Shown here one piece after another: positions 13,736 to 27,050 of a stretch of DNA of 64,000 nucleotides. Positions within the stretch are counted from its first letter, which is position 1. Each line of letters starts with the position of its first letter. Position numbers and translations under genes: made by a program. Where the stretch lies: assembly GCF_009834535.1 (NCBI RefSeq), contig NC_045696.1:45200001-45264000 (forward strand). The letters run 5' to 3'. The notes under the pieces are model-generated. The model saw only the letters and a list, made by a program, of their open reading frames with translations, searched no databases and had not been told where the DNA came from. The stretch comes from Camelus ferus. Taxonomy: Eukaryota.

Positions 13736-13948
13736 CAGGGATTTTCCCACCTCTGCACTGTTGAGATTTGGGACTGGAGAGAATTCACTGTTGTGGGGGC
13801 TCTCCTGTGCACTCCAGGGTGTTTTGAGTACCCCTGGCCTCTACCCTCTAGATTCCAGTAGTACCTGCACTTGTGACAATCAGAAGTGTATCCAGGCATT
13901 GTCAAATGTTGACCAGGGGAAAAATCTCCCTTGGCTGAGAACCAGTGG
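13736..13948. mobile_element. MER20 hAT MITE
   Basis: gcactgttgagatttgggactgga...ccctggcctctaccctctagattccagtag...ttgtgacaatcagaagtgtatccaggcattgtcaaatg...ggctgagaaccagtg. Confidence 0.9.
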
Positions 13949-14254
13949 TATATCCTGTCATTTTATCACTTAACCTAGACTAAATTACCCCAGACTATCA
14001 AAGCCAGACTAAATCTTTCCACTCTCTGTGCTTCTAGAGAAATGGGGCTCTTACTATTTTGCTAAGTCAGAATCAGAAAGTTTTATATGTATATATGAAT
14101 TTTAAAAATGATTTTGTATATATAAAAGTCTTCTATAAACTGTAAAATGGTATGAATATATAAGAAATGGACATCATCTTTTGTGATGCTATTTTATGCC
14201 ATTCATTCATTCCTTCATTTAAAAAATTGAGCACTTACCATCTTCCAGAATCAC

Positions 14255-14367
14255 ATGAGTGATTATGATAAATCTCTCTGTCTCTGTGTATGAATGTGTG
14301 TGTGTGTGTGTGTGTGTGTGTACACATCCTATTGGTTCTGTTTCTCTGGAGAACGCTGACTAATACA
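14255..14367 (+). mobile_element. MLT2 (ERVL) LTR 3' end containing (TG)n
   Basis: atcctattggttctgtttctctggagaacgctgactaataca is the MLT2 terminus; (TG)13 at 14295-14320. Confidence 0.85.
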
Positions 14368-15399
14368 GGCATCCAAGAAAGCTGGCAGGAAGCATCAAAA
14401 GGCTCAATACTGGTTGAAAGATGAGGTTCTATTGAGAGCCTGGTGGAATACATTCAGAAGGATTTCAGAAGCAGGAGGCTTTTAGAAATCCAGGCAGTTA
14501 CTGATATCAGAGTAGTCTTTCAGCACGTAGGAATGCCCCCAACCCTTTTTTGTGGGTAAAGAAACTGGCAAATAAGATGGTTTTAAAGATTTGTCTGGGT
14601 AGTTAGTAAATTGGATCATAAAACATATGCTAGATTGAGGCTTGGGTCCATGAAGAACAAGAAGGTAATCAGTGAAAGAAATTTTAAAAATTATACAATA
14701 TGGGAGATGTCATGATTGTTATAAGAATTGCTAAGCAGTAATCCTAATAGTGACTTACAGAGGGGACACCTGAGTCAGAGACTCACAGAGCTGAATTAAC
14801 ACAGGCCTACCTAGGATATGATGATTTATCAGTGGGAGCCCTAACATTCATCAGAGGAGACGATAATTAGTTGCTAACTTCCTGTTGTTCTTCACTGAAA
14901 ATGTCTTTGTAATTTCTAAAATCCCTACTGATAAAGCCCTCTTTTTTTGGAAAACACCAGAAAAAAAAAATTTTTATTTGCTCAAAGTACTTTATACAAT
15001 TAATGTATTCTAATTCTTGATCTAAAAAGAAAAGATCAGCCTCTGTACAATAGCCTGAAATAGTCTCAAGGATCACGGTTAGTATCATAAAACTCAGTTA
15101 TAAATAGGTAGATAGAATTGGGTTCATAAAGATATTCATCTCTTGAGAACTTTAAACTATTAACAACATGTTCTGAAGTATTCCTTTTATTTGTAACAAG
15201 AAATTACTTCCAGCTTCGCAATGCTTTCTGTGTTCACAGTAACAACAGAGTACCAGTGGACCCACCTGTTCTGTTTGCTGCCACTTTCCTTGGGCTCTAT
15301 CTTTTTGTCACCTTCCTCTTTAAACGGTTGTGGCATGTTATCACCGTCACTTTTCCTCTGCCATCACAGAACTCAAGGGAGTCATTCCCAGACTGAAAA

Positions 15400-15565
15400 A
15401 GAAAAAATGACTATGGAAGCATGATAAAAAATACAGATTCCTGAGCCATACCCTCTTCAGGATTCTGATTCAGTAGGTCTGGAATGGGCCCAGGGATTTG
15501 CATTTTCATCAAAGCACACTAAGTAACTCTAATGTAGGAGGATGGTGAATCATGGTTTGAGTCAT
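15400..15565. mobile_element. MER5-type hAT MITE
   Basis: aaaaatacagattcctgagcc...gattctgattcagtaggtctggaatgggcccagggatttgcatttt. Confidence 0.8.
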
Positions 15566-16406
15566 TCACGTAACCAACAGTCTCAGTTCCTAATATACTA
15601 ATAAAATGCAGTAGACAAAAACGTTAAAGGTTTTATATAGACATGCAGATACAGAAAATGACTGCAAAGGAGAAAATTGATGTTAACTACTAATTTCACC
15701 CACTCGGTTTCTTCCCTGCTCCTCCAGGACTCTCCTCCTTCTCAATTTTTTCTTTCAGAATCTCCCAAAGTAATAGCTGTTGGGAAACCTTAATTCAGTG
15801 GTCAAAGAACATGCCACCATTGCAATTATTTTCAATCACCAGTTCAATTATTGGGTTTTGGTGTCAATGAATATTTCACCAAAGTTGACACCAAAACTTA
15901 TCTTTGAATTATTAAGTAAAGGGATGAATAAAATTCCCAATTTAAACACAAATAGCATCTCATACATTTCATTTTCAAGTTGCTTGATGCAAGGAAGATT
16001 TGTATATTATTATGGCACAAATTTGACATTCTTAAGTTTAATGAATGGGAGCGAAATATTTGAGTATGTAAGTCAGAATGATCATTTGTCGGAAAAGAGG
16101 AAGATTCCTGAAAACTGTGCTCCTAATGAGGGTGGTATAAAGCCAAAGAATGAATACCACTTCCAATAAAAACAGTTAGCAGCAGGTAAAGTCAGAAAGG
16201 CATTAGAAAAGGAAAAATCACAAATACAGAGACATATATGGCCCCCTGAGGAATTTTGAGGACAGTTTGCATGCCTGCATAAAAATATACAGGGATGTGA
16301 TGAGTACTCCCAAGCAGTGATTAATTCACTGGGCTCAAGAGAATGCGGCAGGTACTAACAGACAGGAGAAAGAGGGTCGGTTTGTAAGAACAATACAAAT
16401 GGTGTG

Positions 16407-16793
16407 TGCATTAGTTTGCTAGGGCTGCTGTAACAACATATCAGAGACTGGCTGACTTAAACAGCAGATAATGTTCTCCAGTTCTGGAAGCTAGAAGTCC
16501 ACAATCGAGGTGCTGGTAGGGTGAGTTTCATCTGAGTCCTCTCTCCTTGGCTTATAGATGACCATCTTCTGTGTCTTCACAGTGTTGTCTCTCTGTGTGT
16601 GTCTGTGTCCTAATCTCCTCTTCTTATGAGGACACCCTAATGACCTCATTTGATTTGGGATCATCTTAATGACCTTGTTTTAATGTAATTACTTCTTTAA
16701 AGATCATGTCTCTAAATATGGTTATATTCTGAGCTATAGGTGTTAGAATTTCAACATATGAATTTTGGAAGAGACACAATTCAGCCCACAACA
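16407..16793 (-). mobile_element. MLT1A/B-type MaLR solo LTR
   Basis: tgcattagtttgctagggctgctgtaacaa...acacaattcagcccacaaca; flanked by a candidate 5-bp TSD gtgtg (16402-16406) / gtctg (16794-16798). Confidence 0.9.
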
Positions 16794-17244
16794 GTCTGTC
16801 ACAAAGGTGTATCTTTTAGTATCATCAAAGTATGCACTACCTATGTAAAATAGCCATGAAACTAGGGTCTTTCATGAATTCTGACACCAGTTTTGGAATA
16901 TCAAAATACCCATCAAAATTACTCCAGCTGCAGCATTCTCCCACTGCATCCTACTCCTACTACTTTGTCCATCAGAAATCTTGGCGTAATAGCAGTTGGG
17001 CTTCCACAGACAGATCAAGGCCAGAACAACATACTAGAGTTAATTTACCACAGCCAAGCACTAGACAGCCCAGCAATGCTAGAAGATTAATTTCTTGCCA
17101 ACAAACTCACAGAGGAGCGATTATGATGACTTGTCTTATGGGGCACAATAGAAGTTCATGTACCCCGGCCTATCCACTGTCAGTGGTGGGTAGCAAGGAA
17201 GAGCATATATACCACCTGGTAGTATGCAAAGAAGCCTGAAGACT

Positions 17245-17402
17245 CACTGAGCCCTTCTCATGTGCTAGGTAATGTGTTAAGCTTCTGACAGCCAAGTATC
17301 CCATTTAATCCATGCAATAGGCTTATAAAGTTGACAGAATTTTTATTACCACTTCACAGATGAGTAAACTCAAGGTTTAGTAACTTGCCCAAGGTCATAC
17401 AG
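17245..17402 (-). mobile_element. MIR (first part; apparently resumes ~18437-18490 after L1 fragments)
   Basis: cacagatgagtaaactcaaggtttagtaacttgcccaaggtcatacag. Confidence 0.8.
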
Positions 17403-17404
17403 AT

Positions 17405-18405
17405 TTTTAAAACAGCTTCATTAAAGTATAATGACTTGCAATAAACTGTACATATCCAACACGTGTAATCTAATCTATTTTGACACGTGTATACATCTGT
17501 GAAACCACTAGCATCAGCAAGGTGCTGAAAATCTATCTTACCCGCACGGTTCCCTCATGCCACTTTCTACTCCCTCCCTCCTTTACTTCCCTGCAACCAG
17601 CAACCCCTCAGCATATCCCCAAGGCAGGCAACCACTGATCTGTGCTGTCATTATATGTTAGCACACATTTCCTGGAATTTCTTTCATGTGGAATCATATA
17701 GTATGTACTACTCGGTATATTGTTTGCTTTCTTTACTTAATGTAATATTTTGAAATTAATTCATATTATACCATATATCAATAATTTACTCCTTTTTATT
17801 GCACTGTAGCATTCCACTATATGAATACATCATAATTTGTTTATCCACTTACCTGCTGATGGACATTTGTGTTGTTTCTAGTTTTTGGTTGTTACAAACA
17901 AAGCTGGTATAAATATTTTTTAATACAAGTCTTTGTAGGAACATATAGTTTCATTTAGCTTGGGAAAACACCTAGAAGTAGAATGGCTGGGTCATATGGT
18001 AGGCATTACATAGTTGCATCTTGCTTTTTAAACTGATCTGCCAATTTCTGTGCTTAATTGGAGTGTTTAGACCATATACATTTAATGTGATTATTGATAT
18101 GGTTAGGTTTAAGCCTATTATCTTGCTATTTGTTTCCTACTTCTCTTACCTGAACTTTCTTGCTTTCCCTTCTTTTCTGACTTCTTTTGGAATAGTTAAG
18201 TAGATTTTATCATATAATTTTATCTCCTCTGTTGTCTTATGACCAATACCAGGGCAATAGTAGAGCTTACTTTGTTTCCCACGTGTCTTATGTTGCCTGA
18301 TGTCCGGTGTTGCGAAAACCATTTATTTCAAATGTTTTGTCTGGTTTAATGGTTGTTTCAAGTAGGACATTAAATACAATCCCTGTTACTCTATCTTGGC
18401 TGAAA
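17405..18405 (-). mobile_element. Old L1M (L1MB/L1MC-type) 3' end plus further internal fragments
   Basis: ggcaaccactgatctg..., tttgtttatccacttacctgctgatggacatttgtgttgtttctagttttt, cctagaagtagaatggctgggtcatatggtagg, tttagaccatatacatttaatgtgattattgatat. Confidence 0.85.
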
Positions 18406-19899
18406 CTTCTTATGTCTGTCTGTTATATAGATTTTAAGTAGCAGATTGAAACCAGAAGCCAAGTCTCTCTTATCCACTACATTACACTGACAATAACCAT
18501 CAGAGCAAAGAGGCCTAGAGTTCCACTCTAATATCTCTCAGGCCACCTATCTGTGGTTTTATTCACCCCAAAACTTGGCTCTTGCAGTTTATTACTATCC
18601 TCCATGTAAATACATACATCAACAGGAAGCATTCTTTCTCCCTGTCTTCTCTTAAGACGAGTCCTGATTAAATGTTGAATGGGATTAATAAATGAGTGAT
18701 ATGTGTTCAATAGGAATTCATATCATTTTATGACTCTCTTAAGGGTCTAATTAATACAAACAAATGCTAGGAAGTTTTTTATAACATTTCTTATAAAATA
18801 GAACAAGTCATCCAAAAATTTTCCTAAAGAAGAATACTATGTGAGATATTAACATTTTGAGTTATCAGATAAAACTGACTGCAAAAATATCTGTAACAAA
18901 TCAGAATTTATTATGTAAACATTTGGAATATTTATTTAATTCAGGCATAATTTTTATCTGACAGATTTGAGAATTTATTTTTAAAGGGTCATTACTATTG
19001 TTGCTATTCATTGTAGCATGAACATGACCTCCTTTTCCAAGGGGAAAACACACACACATATCAAGAATCCTCTCATTGTTTCATTTCCATATACCTCTGT
19101 AACTACATTTTTTTAAATGGTAAATTTCTCTATTTCCATAGAAACCCCGGCTACAGGTACTTCTGAATGCAGGCTACCATCTGCAGTCACACATGGATTT
19201 GTACATGTTCATAGCAGTGGAAAGCATTTAAATATAGCATTACCTCTTCAAGGATATCAATCTTATTTAAGCTGATAAGGAGACTACAGATAAGCTGGAT
19301 ATTACAGCCATCACTGATTCCTTTGTGGAAGTTGCTAAGGACTTTGAAAAATGTGTATCATTCTCTCCATTAGAGTAACTGAAGCATTTAGTTTTAGGAA
19401 AAACAAACAAAAGCATAAAAAAATGAATAACTATTCATATTGGACAAATTACATGCTTATGCTACATAAAGGATCAATGTGGCCACAGTACAGTTACGTT
19501 GTGAAAACGGTTCATAATGAGAAGTAGAAGAAATTAGCTGCTGGTCACTTACCAGCTTATAATTTTAGGCAATCACTAAACATCTTTAAAACTCAAGGTT
19601 GATAAAAGGATAAAATGAAGTAACAAGTATGAAGGCACTTTGAAAACCATTAATCATGGCAGAAGGGAAAGACATTTTGTTAGAAATCACCTTTTTTCCC
19701 TTCAGTTACAATATAATTACATGGTAAAAATATGACTCACTACCAGATGTCCCACTCATCTCCCCTCCCAAATTTTCCATTTTTTAGCCCTAATTGCTGG
19801 ATTGATTGATGGTAGACTTGAACTCAGGTTGATTCTGGAAAAAATCTTTTCAACTTGATCTCCTTTCTTTCCTATCAGCCATGCATATTTCTTCCTCCA

Positions 19900-22410
19900 T
19901 GCCTTCATACATGTTGCTCTGACTTTTTGTAACACTCTCTACTCTTCCCATTTTTCTTCCTCCTTTATAACAACTTTACCTATCCTACAAAGGTGACTGA
20001 AATCCCACCTCTTAAGTAAGGATAGTTTCTACATTTCTGGTTAATGATAAGCTTTTCCTTCTTTGAACTCCTTAGAGACTTAGCCTCCATGCAAACTCAG
20101 TTTTGCATATAGTACTTATTTTCTTCTTGTTTGCTCTCCCCAACTAGATTACTCAGATGATTCTTCTGAGAAGCTTACAAATGTATCAGCTACTGGACAA
20201 AACCACTTGGAAGTCCTGTAGACATGTTAAACTCAATAGGAGCACCTAAAGTCTCCAAGTCTGTTTTTCTTCTTTATTCCCTCAGTGAAGAGTACAGCTA
20301 GTTTTGCAAGCCAAGAAGTCTGGGAGAAATGTTTGATGGCCCCATTAAATTTACTTCTCCATTTCAGGATAAAAGTCGCTATTTTTTTAGCATGGTATGT
20401 AAAACTCTAATATGACCTCTGCTTCTCTCCACACGTTTTTCTTGATTCTGTATTTTCTCTACCTGCTGTTGGGTCCCTGTTCTGCTCTTGAGGATCAAAC
20501 TTCTCAAAATAGTTTTCTTTCTCCTCATCTTCACTTTCTCATCTCTCACACAACTTCATATTCCAAATAGATTTCCATATTTAAGACACAACTGGAACAG
20601 CCTGGAACAAGGAATTATACTTGACAAAGTATAATTGCCGTCTTAGTAAGTCTAGCAGAACCTTTTTAGTTCTTATCTTATTAGCTCTCTTATCAGATTC
20701 AGTAAATCACTGCACCCTTTCTGAAACATTACCTGACTGGCTTCCATGGCAGCACTTTAGCCTGGATTTCCATATACCTGGCTAGTTCCTTGTCTATCTC
20801 TTTTTCCAACTAATCTTCTCTTACTTGATGTGCTGAAAATTCTCAAGGCTCTTTTCAAGGCTCTCTTCTCTTTCTAGCCAACATTTTTTTCTCCAGGGTG
20901 ATTCAATCCATTCCTTTTCATAAACTTACTGTCATTTATCCTTTAGTGACACCCAGATTCATTTCTTTAAGACAAAATCTTTTTTGAGTTCCTGGCCCAC
21001 ACATCCAAACAGCCTACTCAACATTCTTACTTGGACGTCTTATAGGCAGCTCAACTGGATACATCCAACACTGTCATTGCTTTCCCTCCCAGTCCTCTTT
21101 ATCTCTAGTGATCCCTATTTCAGTAAATAATGAATGACCTATTCAATGAAGGTAAATCTGAGAATAAATACTAAACAGTTCCATCTTTCTCACCCTTCAG
21201 ATCTAATCAACCTCTGAGAATTGTTGATTCATCCTCCTAAATATTTTAAAAATTTTTCCGCTTATTGCCAACTCTATGGCAACCTTCCTAGGATAAGGTT
21301 ATTGCCTGACTTACTGACAGAGCCTTCTGTGGAGTCCCATATTTCCACCTTTGTTAAACTACAGTGTATTCACCACACACTGGCCAAGGGATCTTTCAGA
21401 AATTGCAAATTGTAACATGGCATTTCTTTAGTTAAAAATCCTTCTGTGACTTCTAAGTTGCTCTTAGAATTATGCCGAAGCCTTAGTATAGCCCATACGA
21501 CTTTGCATGGAATGTTGAATCCGTCCCCCTTGCTTCCGCTCTAACTCCTGCTCATTCTAGATTAATAACCCTTTTTGAAATTCCAGACTTGTTTAGCCAC
21601 CTCTCCTAATTAGCTACCTTTAAAATATCTTGTCCTTCTCTTTTGTTGCATTTGTCATCATTATTATAAACAGTTATTGATTTCTGTAATTAGGACTTAT
21701 CTGAATTTTATTTGACCTGAGGTATTTAAACTTTATAAAGTCAGAGACTTTCTGGTTCACCCTGTATCCTCAGCATTAGTGAGGGTGCTTTTCAATATAC
21801 ATTTATTGAATGAACAAATAAATACACTGATGCATAAATCTCATCTCTCGTCATTCCCTACTTCTCACTCTCAAGCCCAGCCATGCATATCAGTGTGTCA
21901 GTTCTGAACTATATCATGTTTCCTCTAACTTTGGCACCTTTGCACTAACTATTCTCTGTGCCAGGATGCTCCTGCTACCTTCACTGGCTGATCAGTACCA
22001 TCTTCTACACTCAGCCCAGGTGTCCATCCCATCAGGGGGCTTTCACTGACTGTCCACGTACTGGGTCTTGAACTCCCTCTACCCCACAGCACTCACATTC
22101 ATGATGTGACTCTGCCACCAGATCATCACAGTGCTAACTTCTGCCCCAGACACTTTCACTCTTTTGTGTCTGGCTCCCAGCACTTCATTTCTCTCCTGAG
22201 CATTAAGCTTCTCGAGAGTGGATCAGTGCCTTTTAGACATGAATCTTCAGAGGCTAATATTGGGCCTGGCATTTAGACATGACCAATCCATAATTATAAT
22301 AATCAGTATTTTCGAATAAACAACTCCTTGACAGCTGGGACAGTGTATTTTACATCTTTAACATCTACAATTAGCTTTGGTGCAGTTCTAAATAAGAGAT
22401 ATTCAGTTAG
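19900..22410 (+). mobile_element. Tract of several L2 fragments
   Basis: L2 RT/3' motifs (ctcaaggctcttttcaaggctctcttctc, acatccaaacagcctactcaacatt, tail atttattgaatgaacaaataaat at ~21801-21823); multiple copies, internal boundaries not resolved. Confidence 0.75.
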
Positions 22411-25129
22411 AATTAAATGGCTAATTATCCATTTATTTCACTTAATACCTGTGAACAGCTTCTCATTCTATTCCTTATTCTCTGTACCCTTCTCTTTTGT
22501 TTTTTCCCTATACATTATAAAGCTCTTTATGCAAGAAAAAGATTTTGCAGGAAGAGAAGTGACAAGGATAAAAAATGGAACTACTAGTAATCTAGAGATT
22601 TATGTTCTTAACAATTTTTCTATTTAAAAAGGCTTTGTGAAATAGTAAAGCAAGGCAGACATTTGAGGTGCATTTATACACCTCTTTCTACCTGAAAATG
22701 TACCATTTTTATGTGATAAACGTTTCATAAAAGTCAGTAATTTTAAATACAAACTGCTAGAAATGTCTGTTCTTTTCATGTCCATATATTTTTTCATGGA
22801 AAATCTCTGTTCTCTATATTAGTTTCCATTTTATCTCCCTTTGCACTTGAAAAAAAAATTACTAATACACCTGGGTTATGAGGGTTCATCTATAAATTTA
22901 CTGCTTGCATTTTAGTTATGTCAATGATATATATATGGCTTATATACATTTACACGTTTTAAGTTATTTAAAACTCCAGGCATCATATATGATAGATCTC
23001 TTTGATGGAATAGTTGAGATCTGTGAAAAACAGATTTTGAAAAAAACACATATTCGTAAATCAGTATTTCTTCTCATATTACTACATATTGTTTAGGTTG
23101 GTTTTTAAATATATCCCCAGACATTATCTTCCTTAATTTTGCCAAGAGGGTTTTAAAAAGTTCCCAAAATCTTCTGAAAAATTGTCCAATGTTATGTTCT
23201 ATTCTTGTCTCTCATGATTTGTGTAACTTTACTGACCATTCATGATGGCTAGGGAGATCTGGCATTGACTATTTAAAAATAAAAGTTGTTGATAACATAA
23301 TTTCAAGTCCTTAGATGTTTGACCAGACATGTAATTCTATAGCAAAACATGAAAATTAATTGCTTTTAAAATTATAAATCATTGAGATTGATAGATTTCA
23401 GTACGGCCATTATCTAAAAATGCTGTCTTACAATTTTATCATTAGTCATTAAGCTATAATCACATACAGTATCTTAGTAACCATTAAAGACAGACAATTC
23501 ATTTAAAATGTGAAATACAGCCTATTTCTTAAATAACAACTTTTAAGCCTACTGAGAGAGCTCGTATATAAAAATACTTTAAATAATAAATTAAACATTA
23601 AAAAATGAAAACATTAAAAACACTAAACATTAAAAAAGACTCTGTCAACTCTCTCCATGACTTAAAAACAAATTTGATTCCATTTGATGCCAAAATAAAT
23701 TGGTTGGAACCATTCTAGGCATTAGCAGGGATTTTCCACTGAGGGCTCTGACCTTTACCCAACTGAAAACTGAAATCCCCGAAATGCAGAAGTCGCTCCT
23801 CTCTTATTTCCTACCTCATACAAAAATCCACATTGAATGTGTGTCCCAGATGGTCTATGCTATTATTTCATATAAGGCTGAGTTTTCTGGCCCCTGTACA
23901 TCTGGAATATCTCCTGAATGAGCACAATTGGCCCAAATTATTGTGAAATATACTGGTTCATTGAAATATATTCCCTTTTAGACATTTTCTTTGCTTGGGG
24001 ACTTGATAATAAGTGGGCCTAGTTATTTGATATTAGTAATGGCATTTTAATGTAGAGTTAACCACACTTTTAGGTCTTGGGTGATCCTTAAGAAAGACCC
24101 TCACAGCACTAGAAATGTCAACGGATTGGTAGGAAGAGAAAAGCATGCTCCTTCCTTCTCTCCTATCGGTGGCCCTCATTTCATTTTTTATTTCCCTTAT
24201 ATGGATGTATGTGGTAGGCCCAGAGATAAAGTACCTTCTGGAAATTCACCTATAATACACTGACTGCAAAGACTTTAATCAGAAGAGTAAGAGATACTTA
24301 TGTGGAATGGGGCTACTCATTTGGGCTGAGAATATGCATATTCGCATCAGGTGTTTTATCCTTTCTTGGTACCAATTTGAAAATATCTAAAATAGCTTCA
24401 GAATGCTCACTTTTAAAGAGTTCAGCAAAGGAGGTAGGTGCCCCTTATCCCAAGCATTGCGATTTTACTAAGAGGGTAACAAATACACCAATTTAGCACG
24501 TGGAATTATATGACACTAAATAAGATTAAACGAGTGTGTTGAGTAGGTTATGTACTAAATATTAATGTACAGATAGAACTTGGCACAAGTATATACTGAG
24601 TAGTCCAGTGAGACCAAAGTGAAGGCTACTTTACAAGGAGTAGTATGCAGTAAAACTGAAGAGAAGTATCGGAACTTGGCCTTCAGTCCCTGGGTTTGCA
24701 CTTGGGCTTTAATTCTTAGGGAAGGGAAAGAACTCTGGGCAAGGGAGTAACATGATCAAAGCAGTCAAGTATTCCACAGCCCTCAGCAATCTTCAAGTTC
24801 AACAGTGACTTTCTATGATACTGTGAAGCAAGATGCTTTTAATTCAAATGGCTCTGGAAACCTCATGAAAGCACTCAATAAGGTTGATCATTTCAAACCG
24901 ATTTTAAAATACAGAAGTGCCTTGGGATTAATAGCACTCCTTCAATTTTAATCTCTAGTAAGATCCCAGCAGCCTCTGCAGGCTCAAATAGATGTACACT
25001 TGAGGTGAAAATGAATGATGCTGACAGAGTTCACACGTTACCCAGCAGAAAAGCCTGGGAAATCAGAGCAAGTCAAGGTTAAGGGATGTTAGCACCATTG
25101 ACCTGACAATGAGAGAGGGAAGATAAAAC

Positions 25130-25350
25130 CATGGTGTATAATGACATAAAAGGATATTAAATAGGGGCCAGGGAGCCATTATTTCTTCCTGACAAGGGGA
25201 AATGAATAGGATATAATGGTCATGAACTGAAGTAGGGAATATTTAAGTCAAACACAGAGAAAATTTCAACTTAAAGAACATTTAAACAAGTATTCACTGG
25301 AGGATTGAGAAGCCATTGTTATACTGCATTTTCAAGACAGAAACTTGGCA
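25130..25350 (+). mobile_element. Possible CR1-type LINE 3' remnant
   Basis: aataggatataatggtcatgaactgaagtagggaatatttaagtcaaacacagagaaaattt resembles the end of the CR1 ORF2; very diverged. Confidence 0.4.
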
Positions 25351-26504
25351 TTGAAGCTTCTTTAAGAAAGTTTAAATAGTCCACTCCATGTTAAACTGAT
25401 TCTGAGTGCTTTTAAAGAAAAAAAAATTCTTCTTTGATTGTATTTTATTATCAGTGGGGTGAGGGGGGCACACACTTTATAAACTACATTCTTATGAGTT
25501 TCTCACAATATGAGTTACATTGTGCTGTTACTAATTAAAACAGAATTCAGTAGCAGAGACTATGACATTGTGGAGCTTTAGTGAGTAAGAAAAAATAGCA
25601 CAAATGCTCAGTGGAAACATTAAAAACTGAATGAATATAAGTCTTACAACTTTCAGTATCTGCTGATCTAATCTGACAGGTTCTTTTCATTCATTAGTGG
25701 TTGGCATGAATCTCAGTACATAACTTGGGTATAAGAAAGAGGAATTCCTTTATTTTCTATAAGCATTTAATTTCTGACTTCAAATTTCAATGGGCTTTTG
25801 GAAAATGTTAACCTTAATTCCTCTTACGACTTTCTCTTCCCCAGGACTGGGCCATGACCCAGTTTTTGAGGCCTTATTCTTGGCTTCTGATAGTTCACAC
25901 TGAGGGTTACTCTGTGTCAGTTGTCCTGTATGCATGAGTTGCTGTTCCTGTCTGCCTGACTCTTTCAGATCAAGAGATTCTTAGCTACTTCCACCTCCAG
26001 AGGAGAGAGGAAGCAAGAAGAGAGGGAGGATGCCAGTCCAAGTGGGAAGTCGCTGAGACAGGAAGATGGTAGCCCTGTTGAGAAACTGAAAGAAGGCTGA
26101 GGAGGCTAGAGCTCAGGGGTTAAGGATGAGAGGGATGGAGTCACTGATAGATCTGGCCCTGGGCCTGTCTGCTTACCCACCTTGCTGATTCTGACTGCCA
26201 GTTCCATGACCAGGGGACAGGACATCGTCTTGAGTTTCAGAGAATCATAGCCCAAAGCAATTTGTTTCTAGAAATGATGGGAGAAATGATGATCTACCCC
26301 TTGCTTCTCCAGGAAATCTATTCCCAAGAATTCCCTTTTTCCACTTTACTTCCTTCACAGTCATTAAAATATTTTTCTAAGGGTTTAGATGTAGCATATA
26401 CCTTCTCAGAGTCAATATAATGGAGATCCTTTCTAGGTGAATGGCGGGATGAAAAAAGAAGAAATATATTGATAAAAAATGCCAGTATCTCGAAATATTA
26501 TCCC

Positions 26505-26620
26505 CATTTAACAGCAATAATTGAGTGCTAACAATGTGTCAGGCACTGTGCTGTGAATTCAGAGATAAGCAAGGCATTTGCTGTGCCTTGGGGTTTCTCA
26601 TAGTCTTATGGGAGAATATA
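26505..26620 (-). mobile_element. L2 3' end
   Basis: attgagtgctaacaatgtgtcaggcactgtgctg...ctcatagtcttatgggaga. Confidence 0.7.
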
Positions 26621-26749
26621 AAGAGGAAAAAGGACCATTACCAGGGAGTGAATTTGTATTCAGAGTATAGTGTTTATAGTCTTATTTAGATTTTTGAATT
26701 TTAAGACTAAATGGAGCCGGACTATTAGAAACCCCTTAGACCATATTTT

Positions 26750-27050
26750 TAGACTCATAAATTCCAAATGGGGTTGGATCTCAGAGGTCATTTGGTCTAC
26801 TCCTTATGTGATAGTCAAATGTCCTCAATGTCACTTGTATGTAAGTGATCATAATCAGTGCATGAAGATTTTCAGCTTTGGGTAAAGCCATTCTGTTTTT
26901 TCAACAGATATGTTTCTTAGAAATGTCACTCTAATAAATTTTAAAAAAAATGTATTCTTTATAGTTCTACTCACTGGGGCCCCAACTCTGCCCTTTGGAG
27001 CCAAACAAAATAAGTCTAATCACTCTGACACCATAGAAGTCTTATAATTA
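26750..27050 (-). mobile_element. L3/CR1 3' end
   Basis: tctcagaggtcatttggtctactcc...ctctgccctttggagccaaacaaaataagtctaat. Confidence 0.7.

Noticed and set aside
14818..14898. ATGATGA...CTGA spacing like a C/D snoRNA
   Set aside because: No convincing terminal stem and only ~8-9 nt of possible rRNA complementarity; such box pairs occur often by chance. snoscan/Rfam would decide.
19244..19378. Minus-strand exon-like segment (cttcag|...GAG|gtaatg)
   Set aside because: Stops in all three frames and no supporting partner exons; cannot be distinguished from a pseudo-exon.
20613..20636. 10-bp stem aattatactt-gaca-aagtataatt
   Set aside because: Short, almost all A/T, and lies among L2 fragments; chance-level.
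24330..24343. Perfect 14-bp palindrome gaatatgcatattc
   Set aside because: Several palindromes of this length are expected by chance in 64 kb of AT-rich DNA.
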